Positions 1 through 9,133 of a stretch of DNA of 47,997 nucleotides are shown here, piece after piece. The notes below the pieces were generated by a model. That model did not search any database and was not told where the DNA came from. It saw only the letters and a list, made by a program, of their open reading frames with translations. Location of the stretch: contig CALICC010000096.1 of the NCBI GenBank assembly GCA_938049325.1, positions 1 through 47,997 of the forward strand. The letters run 5' to 3'. A program made the translations under genes and the position numbers. The number at the start of each line of letters is the position of its first letter. Positions within the stretch are counted from its first letter, which is position 1. Origin of the DNA: an uncultured Ilumatobacter sp. Its GTDB lineage: Bacteria > Actinomycetota > Acidimicrobiia > Acidimicrobiales > Ilumatobacteraceae.

Positions 1-127
1 TACCGGCCACCGATCCAGCGGCCGGCCCGAAGCTCGACCGATCCGGCCGAGGAACACGAATCGTCGGAGCGTCGGGGCCCGATGGCCCGATGCCGAGTGA
101 TCCGCCAGTGGTGTCGAAATTCGTCAT
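1..127 (-). CDS. Partial CDS running off the window; hypothetical protein (MTNFDTTGGSLGIGPSGPDAPTIRVPRPDRSSFGPAAGSVAG...)
   Basis: Minus-strand ATG at 127 preceded by a GGGAG RBS-like motif; frame open to the window edge. Not in the ORF track; function not assignable. Confidence 0.5.
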   Translation of the reverse strand, partial: MTNFDTTGGSLGIGPSGPDAPTIRVPRPDRSSFGPAAGSVAG

Positions 128-252
128 GGTGACTCCCGTGGTTGTTGCGCCCACGCACAACAACACCAGCAGTCACCTAACGATCACTTAACAGGATCCC
201 TGAACGCTGCGGGCATTCGACGACGACCAAGAACGATCCGCTCCGCGCCACC

Positions 253-1530
253 TCAGCGCGGGATGTCGGTCCACGGACCCGTGTCGGCCTTGGGCTCACG
301 CGGGAGACCGAGCACACGCTCACCGATGATGTTGCGCTGCACCTCGTCGGAGCCGCCCGCGATGCGGTAGCCCGGTGCACCCAGCAAGTGGTCACCCCAG
401 GCATACGTGCCCCACTCACCGGTGTCGGCAATCAGTCGCGGCCCCAGGATCGTCGAGACGACGTCACTCATGTGGCGCATGCCTTCGGTCCACAGAATCT
501 TGCCGAGTGAGCTCTCCGGACCGGGCGTACCCGACCGAGCGAGGTCGGCCGCACGCCGGTTGACCAACGACTCGACGCGGCTGCGGATGAACGTCTGCGC
601 GAGCTGGTCGCGGATGACCGGGTCGTCGGCGACACCCATCGCGTTGGCAGTCGCCAGCACCTTGCTCCAGCTCCCGCCAGAGGCGCCGCCGCCCTCACCT
701 TCGGAGTGGTCGCGTTCGAATCCCAGCGTCGTCAATGCGACCTTCCAACCATCGCCCTCATCACCGAGGCGCATGTCGTCGGGGATGCGCACGTCGCTGA
801 AGAAGACCTCGCAGAACGACGAGCCACCACTCATCTGTGCGATCGGTCGGATCTCGATGCCGGGCAGGTCCATCGGGATCACGAACGCTGTCATGCCCTT
901 GTGCTTCACGACGCTCGGGTCGGTTCGCGCAATCAACTCACCCCACTGGCTGAACTGAGCGCCCGACGACCACACCTTCTGGCCGTTCACCACCCACTCG
1001 TCGCCGTCGCGCTCGGCACGACACGCAAGCCCGGCGAGGTCGGATCCAGCGCCCGGTTCGGAGAACAGCTGGCAGCACAACGACTCGCCACTGATGAACT
1101 GCGGGATCCAGCGTTGCTTCTGCACGTCGGAGCCGAACACGTCGACCGTTGGGGCGATGAGCGTGCGCGTGACCGCGACCGTTTCGTGCACACCCGGCGT
1201 CTGGAACTGTCGCTCGAGCCGTCCGAACGCCCGCGAGTGCGCACGGCTGAGGCCGAGACCACCGAGCTCGGTCGGCCATGTGATCGCGTGGTAGCCGCGT
1301 TCGGCCTTGGCCCGCACCCACTCCATCAGTTTGTCGAGGTGAGCACGCTCGACCTCGTAGGTCATCGCGTGGAATACCGAGACATCGAACTCGCCCTCAC
1401 CCCACTCCTGCTCGATCGTCGGCGGACGGCGCTGGAGCTTCGACTCCAAGAACGCCTCGGCCGCTGCGACGAAATCCTCGACGCTGATGTTCGGGTCGAT
1501 GGAGGCGGGTTGCGAGTCGATCGTGGTCAT
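253..1530 (-). CDS. Acyl-CoA dehydrogenase family protein (FadE-like)
   Basis: Motifs CQLFSEPGAGSDLAGL, NGQKVWSSGA, FCEVFFSDV, TTLGFER, IAGGSDEVQRNIIGERVLGLPREP. Confidence 0.93.
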   Translation of the reverse strand: MTTIDSQPASIDPNISVEDFVAAAEAFLESKLQRRPPTIEQEWGEGEFDVSVFHAMTYEVERAHLDKLMEWVRAKAERGYHAITWPTELGGLGLSRAHSRAFGRLERQFQTPGVHETVAVTRTLIAPTVDVFGSDVQKQRWIPQFISGESLCCQLFSEPGAGSDLAGLACRAERDGDEWVVNGQKVWSSGAQFSQWGELIARTDPSVVKHKGMTAFVIPMDLPGIEIRPIAQMSGGSSFCEVFFSDVRIPDDMRLGDEGDGWKVALTTLGFERDHSEGEGGGASGGSWSKVLATANAMGVADDPVIRDQLAQTFIRSRVESLVNRRAADLARSGTPGPESSLGKILWTEGMRHMSDVVSTILGPRLIADTGEWGTYAWGDHLLGAPGYRIAGGSDEVQRNIIGERVLGLPREPKADTGPWTDIPR

Positions 1531-1567
1531 GAGGCAGGAGCCTTTCGGTCGTCAGGTCGGTCGTTCG

Positions 1568-3148
1568 TCATGAGGCTGGCGCCGAAGCACCCGGTGAGAT
1601 TTCAGTGAGTGCGCCGCCGAGCCAGGCGTCACGCAACTTGCGCTTGTTGATCTTGCCCATCGTGTTGCGGAGCAGATCGTCGACGACGTGGAACTCGCGT
1701 GGGCACTTGTAGTGGCTGAGTCGTTCACGCAGCCACGCCGACAGCTCGTCAGCCGCCGGCGGTGCAGCTGGATCGATCGCCATCACCAGTGCAATGAGTT
1801 GTTCGCCCATGTCAGGATGCGGCACACCAACGCAGCCGACGTCGGCCACGCCGGGATGGTCGATGAGGAGTTGTTCCGCTTCGGCCGGGTAGAGGTTGAC
1901 CCCGCCCGACACCACCATGTCGTTGAACCGGTCGGTGATGAACACGTATCCGTCGGCGTCCATGTAGCCGATCTCTCCGAGGGTGAAGAGTCCCGGCTCG
2001 GGGTTGGAGGCCGCCGTCTTCTCCGGGTCGTTCGGATAGATGATCCCGCGGCCGGTGGCGTCGCGAAAGAAGAGTCGACCTTCGATACCCGCGGGCACTT
2101 CGTTCATCTCGTCGTCGACGACGAGCGCGGTGAACGGCTCGACGCCTCGTCCGACCGAACCCTTGTGATCGAGCCACTCCTGGCTTGATATCGAGCAGAC
2201 CGTGCCGACTTCGGTCGCGCCATATGAGTCGCGGAACACAGGACCGAACCACTCGATCATCGCGGCCTTCACGTCGACCGGACACTTCGCGCCGGTGTGT
2301 GCCAGGAGCTTCATCGAGCTCACGTCATACTTCGCCTTCACCTCGTCGGGAAGCGCCAGCATGCGCACGAAGTGGGTCGGCACCATGACGCTGGTCTCGG
2401 TCTTGTACCGATCGATCGCCGCCAGTGTGGCCTCGGCATCGAACTTCGAGAGGATCACCGACGGCACCCCGGCACAGAGGAGTCGCATGCCCGACAGAGG
2501 ACCCGTGTGATACATCGGCCCCACCACGAGATGCGTGCCGAAGCCCGAGAAGCCACCTTGAGCGAGGCGTACGAGGTGCTCGGCCATATCGACCCCACCG
2601 GCAAACATCGTGGGCGGCAGTTCGGTTCCTTTCGGACGGCCAGTCGTGCCCGACGTGTACAGCAAATTGGGGCGCGGCACGATGTCGTCGGGAGGGTCGA
2701 CCGTGTCGCCCGCGGCGAGCCACGCGTCCCAATCGGTGACGCCATCGACGCCGGCACAGCCCCAGCCGATCACCGTGGTGACGCCCGCCTCGCGAGCAGC
2801 AGCCACGCCGCGCTCGGCAGTTTCAGGTCCGACGAACACGATCCGGCTCTCCGAGTCGGCGACGATGTAGGCCGCCTCCGAGGCGGTGAGGTGAAAGTTG
2901 ACCGGCACGGTCGACGCTCCGGCGAGCAAGCCACCGAGATGCGCCAGTGCGGTCTGTGCCGCGTTCTCCGCGAACACAGCGACGCGCTGCGCGTCGCCGA
3001 GCTCACCGCGACTCGTTGCCGCCAGCAGCTGATTCGCGCAACGGTTCAACGCGTCGTCGACCTCGCTCCACCTGAGTTCTCTGCCGTCGTCGACCAAGGC
3101 GAACCCGTCGGGGTCAGCGTGGGCACATGTCTTCGCGAACTCTGGCAT
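1568..3148 (-). CDS. Acyl-CoA synthetase / AMP-binding enzyme
   Basis: LLYTSGTTGRPKG P-loop, YGATE, SGGVNLYPAEAE, RNTMGKINK. Start moved to ATG 3148, which overlaps the upstream stop (TGATG). Confidence 0.92.
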   Translation of the reverse strand: MPEFAKTCAHADPDGFALVDDGRELRWSEVDDALNRCANQLLAATSRGELGDAQRVAVFAENAAQTALAHLGGLLAGASTVPVNFHLTASEAAYIVADSESRIVFVGPETAERGVAAAREAGVTTVIGWGCAGVDGVTDWDAWLAAGDTVDPPDDIVPRPNLLYTSGTTGRPKGTELPPTMFAGGVDMAEHLVRLAQGGFSGFGTHLVVGPMYHTGPLSGMRLLCAGVPSVILSKFDAEATLAAIDRYKTETSVMVPTHFVRMLALPDEVKAKYDVSSMKLLAHTGAKCPVDVKAAMIEWFGPVFRDSYGATEVGTVCSISSQEWLDHKGSVGRGVEPFTALVVDDEMNEVPAGIEGRLFFRDATGRGIIYPNDPEKTAASNPEPGLFTLGEIGYMDADGYVFITDRFNDMVVSGGVNLYPAEAEQLLIDHPGVADVGCVGVPHPDMGEQLIALVMAIDPAAPPAADELSAWLRERLSHYKCPREFHVVDDLLRNTMGKINKRKLRDAWLGGALTEISPGASAPAS

Positions 3149-3660
3149 CAGGGTCCGATCTGACGCTGATTGCTGGGCCGGTCGAACGAGCCGGATCTGA
3201 ACGCAGCGGCATCGATCGCCATCGGCTCGACGTTGGTGTCGATGGTGGTCCCGTGGTGCACGCAGACACGATGCATGATTCGCCACTCGCCGTTGCGCGC
3301 CTCGTAGGTGTCGAGGTAGCGGCCGTACCAGTTCGACATCGACCGTTCGTCTTCGTTGAACAGATTGGTCACGCAGTACGCCTCACCGCGGCCCGAGGCG
3401 CCGTCGGTATCGATCTCGACACGATGGTTGTAGATCGAGTGCATCGTCCAGCTCCACCGATCGTGGGTGGCAACGACGCGGTCGCAGAACTCCCAGGCGT
3501 TGCCGACGAAGACACCATGGTCGTCGGTGGCATCGGGCCAATACGACGACTTCATCACCTCAGCATCCAGGCGATCAACGCCGTACGAGTACCGCCGAGC
3601 TGCCTCGCGGCACGCTTCGATCGCAACCAGTTGCTCGATCGTCGGAGTCGGATTCATCAC
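3148..3660 (-). CDS. SnoaL-like/NTF2 family protein (LinA/BaiE-like fold)
   Basis: RRYSYGVDRLD, YWPDATDDHG, TMHSIYNH, GRYLDTYEARNGEWRI pattern of SnoaL_4 proteins. Confidence 0.85.
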   Translation of the reverse strand: MMNPTPTIEQLVAIEACREAARRYSYGVDRLDAEVMKSSYWPDATDDHGVFVGNAWEFCDRVVATHDRWSWTMHSIYNHRVEIDTDGASGRGEAYCVTNLFNEDERSMSNWYGRYLDTYEARNGEWRIMHRVCVHHGTTIDTNVEPMAIDAAAFRSGSFDRPSNQRQIGP

Positions 3661-3735
3661 GTCGGCGAGATTACCGAACGGTCATTAAGGTTCTCTCACC
3701 CGGCCATGCGAATCCGACCGTCAGGACACCCTTCG

Positions 3736-4398
3736 ATGGACTTCGACCTCACCCAGACCGATCACCTGCTCTCCACGACGCGAGCCGTCCGCAAACGCCT
3801 CGACCTTGAGCGCCCGGTTCCGAGGGAGCTGATCCTCGATTGCGTGCGCATTTCCACGCAAGCACCCGCTGGCGGCAACCATCAGAAATGGCGTTGGGTG
3901 ATCGTCGACGACCCGGACAAGAAGCTCGTCATTGCCGAGGCGTACCGGCGGTCGTACGCGCCGTACATCGCCGCGCAGAAGAAGGCGGTGGCACAGGCTG
4001 GCACTGCCGCAGCGTCCGATTCGATCATCGACTCGAGTACGTATCTCGCCGAGATCCTCCATGACGTCCCCGCATTGGCGATCCCGTGCGCGTTGGGCCG
4101 CCCCGCGGACGCGGGCGACAAGGGCGGCAGCCAGCAAGGTTGGTGGGGGTCGGTCATCCCCGCCGTGTGGAGCTACTGCATCGCTGCGCGGTCACGTGGT
4201 CTCGGCACCGCGTGGACCACGCTGCACCTGCCAGGCGAAGCTGAGGTTGGCGAAGCGCTCGGCATTCCCGACACGGTCACGCAGCTCGCCTGCATCCCGA
4301 CGGCGTACTACACCGGCGACGACTTCAAGCTCGCGCGCCGCAAACCCGCCGAACAGGTCACCTACTGGAACTCCTGGAAGAACACCGACATCGCGTGA
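3736..4398 (+). CDS. Nitroreductase family protein
   Basis: LLSTTRAVRKRLD, QAPAGGNHQKWRWVIV, ARSRGLGTAWTTLHL. True start ATG 3736 lies inside ORF 3127..4398. Confidence 0.9.
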   Translation: MDFDLTQTDHLLSTTRAVRKRLDLERPVPRELILDCVRISTQAPAGGNHQKWRWVIVDDPDKKLVIAEAYRRSYAPYIAAQKKAVAQAGTAAASDSIIDSSTYLAEILHDVPALAIPCALGRPADAGDKGGSQQGWWGSVIPAVWSYCIAARSRGLGTAWTTLHLPGEAEVGEALGIPDTVTQLACIPTAYYTGDDFKLARRKPAEQVTYWNSWKNTDIA

Positions 4399-4423
4399 CG
4401 CGCCACGTGAGTACCCTTTGGTG

Positions 4424-4816
4424 ATGGCGACGAAGGCCAAGTATCCGGGGCCAGCGGCCGCACTGGAGTTGTACGAAGCGCTGATCGCCGCGCACCCCGA
4501 CGTCGAGCGCAAGGGCGCGAAGAATCCGTACACGTCGCTCAACGGACACATGTTCAGCTTCCTCGACGAGACGGGGCAGATGGCGCTGCGTCTGTCCGAC
4601 GATGACGCCGCGCGGTTCCTCGAACAGTTCGAAAGCGGCCCAGTGGAGCAATACGGGGCAACCATGCGCGGCTACGTGTCGGTCCCCGCCACGCTCCTCG
4701 CGGACACCACCGAGCTCGAAGGATGGTTTGGCCTCAGCCACTCCTGGATCGCGACCCTGAAGCCAAAGCCCACGAAGAAGCCAGCGAAGAAGCGTCCGGC
4801 GAAGAAAGCGACGTGA
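4424..4816 (+). CDS. TfoX/Sxy N-terminal-like protein with Lys-rich tail
   Basis: PYTSLNGHMFSFL, MALRL, YGATMRGYVSVP. C-terminal part of ORF 3932..4816. Confidence 0.7.
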   Translation: MATKAKYPGPAAALELYEALIAAHPDVERKGAKNPYTSLNGHMFSFLDETGQMALRLSDDDAARFLEQFESGPVEQYGATMRGYVSVPATLLADTTELEGWFGLSHSWIATLKPKPTKKPAKKRPAKKAT

Positions 4817-4819
4817 CCG

Positions 4820-5272
4820 TCAGTCGGGGTGGGCAACGGAGATGTTGCCGTCGGTCCACATGACGACGAGGGTGCGATGCGCGATGCGCCACCCGCCCTC
4901 GGTACGCACGAGTTCATCCTCGTAGCGACCGGCCACGATGTAGTTGGGGCCGCCAGGCGCCGCCTCGCGAACGTGTTGCGCCTGGAGGTAGCAGCGGTGT
5001 GTTGCTGCATCGCCGTCGACGTCGACCTCGTGGTTGCCGACCAGGTGCTGGCTGTCGTCGAGATGCTCGAGGGCGTTGCGGATGCGACCAACGATGGCAT
5101 CGAGGCCGACCAGCACCTTCGGGCTCGACAGGTTGGCCGTGGCGTCCGGGATGAACACGTCGCCGAGCAGCGACCAGTCCTTCGTGTCGAGCGCCCGGCA
5201 GTATCGGCTGGCGACGTTCACGATGTCGCGCTCGTCGAGCAGCGTGCGCAGCTCGGCTTCCGAGATCGTCAT
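4820..5272 (-). CDS. SnoaL-like/NTF2 family protein
   Basis: RYCRALDTKDW, SQHLVGN, GRYEDELVRTEGGWRI. ATG 5272 overlaps the SDR stop (ATGA). Confidence 0.87.
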   Translation of the reverse strand: MTISEAELRTLLDERDIVNVASRYCRALDTKDWSLLGDVFIPDATANLSSPKVLVGLDAIVGRIRNALEHLDDSQHLVGNHEVDVDGDAATHRCYLQAQHVREAAPGGPNYIVAGRYEDELVRTEGGWRIAHRTLVVMWTDGNISVAHPD

Positions 5273-6081
5273 ATCAACGTCCATCCTCCGTCGACGGCCA
5301 AGTTCTGGCCGATCACGTAGCTCGCGGCGTCACTGACGAGGAAGAGCACCGCGTGGGCGATGTCGGCCGGCGTGCCTTTGCGGCCGATCGGCACGTTCGA
5401 CGATCGCTGCTTCATCAGCGGGCCCATGAGCCCACTCGTCGATGGATCGCTCGGCCAGAAGTGCTCGATCTCGCCAGCGTGCATCTTGTCGAGTGTGGGC
5501 ACCGGCACGACGCCCGGGCTCACAGCGTTGACGCGGATGCCGTGCGGCGCGAGGTCGACAGCGAGGCTGCGGGAGAAGTGAATCGCTCCCGCCTTGGCGG
5601 AGTCGTACCCGGTACCGAGACACGGCAGCAGGCCGTCGACGGATGCGATGTTCACGATCGCGCCGCCGTCACCCTGCTCGACCATACGAGTCGCGACCGG
5701 CTTCGAACAGTTGAAGAGTCCAGCCAGGTTGACGTCGATCGATCGACGCCACGAGTCGACGCTCTGGTCGAGGATGCTGCCCGCCTCGTGGTACGAACCA
5801 GCGTTGTTGACGAGGATGTCGACGCGATCACCCGTGGCTCCTCCGACGTGGCCGAGCACCGAGGCACACGCGTCCGCATCGGTCACGTCGAGCACGACCG
5901 ACGATCCGTCGATGGCCGCGGCCACCCGTGCCGCGCCGTCGGCATCGATGTCGGCAACAACCACCCTGGCGCCCGCGGCGGCAAGCGTGCGCGCGATCCC
6001 CTCGCCGATGCCCGTTGCAGCGCCGGTGACGATCGCAGTGCGGCCGGTCAGGTCGAGCAAACCGGCGATGTCGCTGCTCAT
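5269..6081 (-). CDS. Short-chain dehydrogenase/reductase
   Basis: TGAATGIG, NNAG, YDSAK (YxxxK), GIRVNAVSPG, VDGG. Confidence 0.93.
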   Translation of the reverse strand: MSSDIAGLLDLTGRTAIVTGAATGIGEGIARTLAAAGARVVVADIDADGAARVAAAIDGSSVVLDVTDADACASVLGHVGGATGDRVDILVNNAGSYHEAGSILDQSVDSWRRSIDVNLAGLFNCSKPVATRMVEQGDGGAIVNIASVDGLLPCLGTGYDSAKAGAIHFSRSLAVDLAPHGIRVNAVSPGVVPVPTLDKMHAGEIEHFWPSDPSTSGLMGPLMKQRSSNVPIGRKGTPADIAHAVLFLVSDAASYVIGQNLAVDGGWTLI

Positions 6082-6177
6082 TGCGTCGCTCGGCTCCGGC
6101 GGTGACTGCTCATCACGGCGACGCTAGAGAACCATCCTCGCCACACGAGAGTCGGACCCCGCCTGGCCGTTGTTGTT

Positions 6178-6696
6178 TTGGCTCAAGTAGCGTCAGTTCT
6201 CGTGCTCCAAGGACCTGTGCAGATTGCGTACGCGGTGAGCGACACTCGCGCTGCCGCGCGGCGATGGCTTGCCGAAGGCGTCGGACCGTTCTTCCTCCTC
6301 GACCACATCGAGGTCCGCAACAGCTGGGTGCGCGGCAAGCCCGCGCCGTTCGACCACTCGTCGGCATACGCACAGTGGGGACCTGTGATGCTCGAGCTGA
6401 TCTGTCAACACGACGGCGGCGTCAACCCACTGGTCGGCACGTCGGGGGTGCATCATGTGGCCCACTTCGTCGACGATTTCGCAGCAGCTGCTGCGCGGCT
6501 CACGTCGAGCGGTGTGGTCGAGTGTCTCTATGCCGAGACAGCGACCGGGATGCCGTTCGCGATGCACGACGCCCGCGCCGAGCAGGGCCACCTCATCGAG
6601 ATCTACGAGCGCACGAGCCGACTGGCCGCTTTCTACGAGATGGTGCACGACGCGTCGAGCGGCTGGACCGGCAACGACCCGCTGCGCGAACTCTGA
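6178..6696 (+). CDS. VOC/glyoxalase family protein (Glyoxalase_4-like)
   Basis: PVQIAYAV, GVGPF, LELICQH, GVHHVAHFV, GHLIEIYE. Start uncertain (TTG 6178 or GTG 6202). Confidence 0.82.
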   Translation: MAQVASVLVLQGPVQIAYAVSDTRAAARRWLAEGVGPFFLLDHIEVRNSWVRGKPAPFDHSSAYAQWGPVMLELICQHDGGVNPLVGTSGVHHVAHFVDDFAAAAARLTSSGVVECLYAETATGMPFAMHDARAEQGHLIEIYERTSRLAAFYEMVHDASSGWTGNDPLREL

Positions 6697-6743
6697 TCGA
6701 ACGCCACCCCGCCGAGAACTGTCAGGCGAGCTGGTCAAGCCGG

Positions 6744-7571
6744 TCAGGTCCGGCGGCCGGCTTCGTGGATCTGGCGGCTCGACCCGATGTTGAATCGGTT
6801 CGGGGTCATGCCTGCCGTTGTTTGCCCGGCATCGACCACCAGCGTGTGGCCCGACACGTAGCGCGCATCATCGCTCGCGAGGTACAGCGCGGCCGCCGCG
6901 ATGTCGGCCGGATAGCCGGCGTAACCCAGCGGCGACCCAGCCGCGATCTTCGCTTCGGCGGCACTCTCGTCGGCAGTGCTCCCCATGACCGACGCGGTCA
7001 TGGTGGTGACCGTGTTGCCGGGTGAGATCGCGTTGACGCGGATGCCGTTCGGGGCGAGTTCGTTCGCGACCGACTTGGTGAGACCGATCACTCCGTGCTT
7101 CGCCGCGGTGTAGGCGTGCGGTCCAAGACCCCCGAGGATCCCGGCGGTGCTCGACGTGTTGATGATCACGCCTGAGTTCTGCTCGAGCATCACACGCGCG
7201 GCGTGCTTCACGCCGAGGAACACACCACGCAGCAAGATGGCGATCGAGTTGTCCCAGGCCTCGGTCGACATCTCCGAGATCCGACCGACCGCGCCGACGA
7301 TGCCGGCGTTGTTGAACATCACGTCGAGCGAACCGAATTCACCAACGGCGAGATCGACCGCTGCGGCAACGTCGTCTTCACGCGTCACGTTGCACTCGGC
7401 AAACCGAGCGTTGGGGCCGAGCTCGTCGACCAGCGCCTGACCGGCGTCGACCTGGAGATCGGCAACGACCACCTTCGCGCCTTCGTCGATGAACATGCGT
7501 GCCGTGCCCTCACCGATGCCGCTCGCGGCGCCGGTGATCACTGCCACCTTGTTGTCGAGGCGACCGGTCAT
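6744..7571 (-). CDS. Short-chain dehydrogenase/reductase
   Basis: TGAASGIG, FNNAG, YTAAK, GIRVNAISPG. ATG 7571 overlaps the kinase stop (ATGA). Confidence 0.93.
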   Translation of the reverse strand: MTGRLDNKVAVITGAASGIGEGTARMFIDEGAKVVVADLQVDAGQALVDELGPNARFAECNVTREDDVAAAVDLAVGEFGSLDVMFNNAGIVGAVGRISEMSTEAWDNSIAILLRGVFLGVKHAARVMLEQNSGVIINTSSTAGILGGLGPHAYTAAKHGVIGLTKSVANELAPNGIRVNAISPGNTVTTMTASVMGSTADESAAEAKIAAGSPLGYAGYPADIAAAALYLASDDARYVSGHTLVVDAGQTTAGMTPNRFNIGSSRQIHEAGRRT

Positions 7572-8656
7572 GAGCCGAACCCGTGATCGACGAGTGCGTT
7601 CTGGGTTCGTTCGATGACTTCGGTCCACAGTGCGATCGCCCGCTCGCTGGTGAAGTCGAGGGTGCCGACCGCGAGCACCGGGATCATCCAGCCGCACGCG
7701 ACGCCGACTCGGTAGTCGGCTTGGAGTTGCTCGAACGAGTAGCCGCTCACCCCGTTCGCCACCAACGTGTCGTGGTAGGCGTGCAAGAGATCGTCTTCAT
7801 GCGTACGTCGGTCGATCGTCGTCAGGTTCTGGGAGAGGAAGTAGCCGACGTCAGCGGCACCGCCACCTTGGCTGATCGCCTGCCAGTCGATCACGACGAC
7901 CTCGCCGGCGTCGTCGAAGAAGAGGTTGTCGGCGCGGAAGTCGAAGTGCACGAGCGTGTGCGGCATCGCCGCAAGATCGGCGAGGATCTGCGGCCGGGCT
8001 TCGGCGTACGTCGCCACGAAGTCGGCGAGCTCGGGCTTCACGTCCTTACCGAACGCCTCCATGAAGCCGGGGAGCGACGCGTCGTAGATCGCCGAGCCCG
8101 CTTGGTTGAGCGGACCATCGATGACCGGGATGTACGACGCGTGTTCGAGCCCGGCACCGTTCCAGAAGCGAGCGTGATGCGCGGCCAGGCCGACCAGCGC
8201 GGCACGCGCCTGTTCGGGAGACGTGCCCGTGACCTGATCGCCGAGGGTGAGTCCCGACAGATCCTCCATGAGCAACATGTAGCTCTCGTCGGCGGGCGTC
8301 GCACCCGTGACGCACGTGATGTGGAAGATGTCGGGCGTGCGCAGCGGGGTCTGCGCGGCGATGTCGTTGTAGAACGAGTGCTCGCGTTGGTAGATCCGCG
8401 TCGGGTGCATCATCTCGAGGATCTCGGGTGACTGCGTGGGGAACTTGGCGACGATCGTGGTCGGCGCCCCTCCGGCATCACCGGCGTATTCCACGCCGAC
8501 GCTCGCCACCTCGCCCATGAAGCCAACACCAGCGCTCGCAGGGTCGAGGTTGACAGTGGCGACCGACGCATCGGCACCGATCGTTCCCGAGCCGCGCAGC
8601 GCCTCGGTCATCCACTCGGCGGTGATCTCACTGGTTGTTGTTGGCAACACGGTCAT
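7568..8656 (-). CDS. EcKinase/APH-like small-molecule phosphotransferase
   Basis: IVAKFP, REHSFY, LLMEDL, HFDFRADN (Brenner-type motif), IDWQ. AAGGA RBS upstream. Confidence 0.85.
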   Translation of the reverse strand: MTVLPTTTSEITAEWMTEALRGSGTIGADASVATVNLDPASAGVGFMGEVASVGVEYAGDAGGAPTTIVAKFPTQSPEILEMMHPTRIYQREHSFYNDIAAQTPLRTPDIFHITCVTGATPADESYMLLMEDLSGLTLGDQVTGTSPEQARAALVGLAAHHARFWNGAGLEHASYIPVIDGPLNQAGSAIYDASLPGFMEAFGKDVKPELADFVATYAEARPQILADLAAMPHTLVHFDFRADNLFFDDAGEVVVIDWQAISQGGGAADVGYFLSQNLTTIDRRTHEDDLLHAYHDTLVANGVSGYSFEQLQADYRVGVACGWMIPVLAVGTLDFTSERAIALWTEVIERTQNALVDHGFGS

Positions 8657-8668
8657 CAATGGTTCCTT

Positions 8669-8700
8669 TACAAGAGTTCGGGTCTACAAACGTTCGGGTC
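8669..8700. repeat. 16-bp tandem direct repeat x2 (TACAAGAGTTCGGGTC / TACAAACGTTCGGGTC)
   Basis: 14/16 identity; sits immediately upstream of the kinase RBS. Confidence 0.75.
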
Positions 8701-8737
8701 GTTGGCGGGTGAGCGGTACGAGTCGGGGCGCGCCGCC

Positions 8738-9133
8738 TCAGCGGGTCTGAATGTGGCTGCCGTCGGCAACGGGCCCGTCGTCACGGCGCTCGGGTCGAGC
8801 AAGGACGACTCGCGCAACGCCGTCGGCCTCGTCGACCTCATGACTGTCGACGCCCTCCCACGCAGGCGGCCCCGAGTGCGTGCCGTCGCGGACGTCGAAC
8901 GCCGCGCCGTGGAGCGGACACGTGAGGCCGTAGCCGCGTAGTCGCCCTTCGCTCAGCGGCGTGTCGGCATGCGAACAGTTGTCGGTGAGGGCGTACAGGT
9001 CACCTTTCACCCGACACACGACGATGCCGTCGTCTCCGATGTTCTCGAAGCAACGCATGTCGCCGTCGGCCAAGTCGGTGAGGTCGCCGAGTTCGATCGA
9101 GTCGTCCGGACCACCTGCGTCGATGCCACTCAT
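8738..9133 (-). CDS. Rieske-type ferredoxin of a ring-hydroxylating oxygenase
   Basis: NCSH...CPLHGAAFDV Rieske ligands. ATG 9133 overlaps the oxygenase stop (ATGA). Confidence 0.9.
   Translation of the reverse strand: MSGIDAGGPDDSIELGDLTDLADGDMRCFENIGDDGIVVCRVKGDLYALTDNCSHADTPLSEGRLRGYGLTCPLHGAAFDVRDGTHSGPPAWEGVDSHEVDEADGVARVVLARPERRDDGPVADGSHIQTR

Noticed and set aside
138-166. Imperfect hairpin GTGGTTGTTGCG...CGCACAACAACAC upstream of the first partial gene
   Set aside because: Bulged stem with no U-tract and no riboswitch motif; too weak to call.
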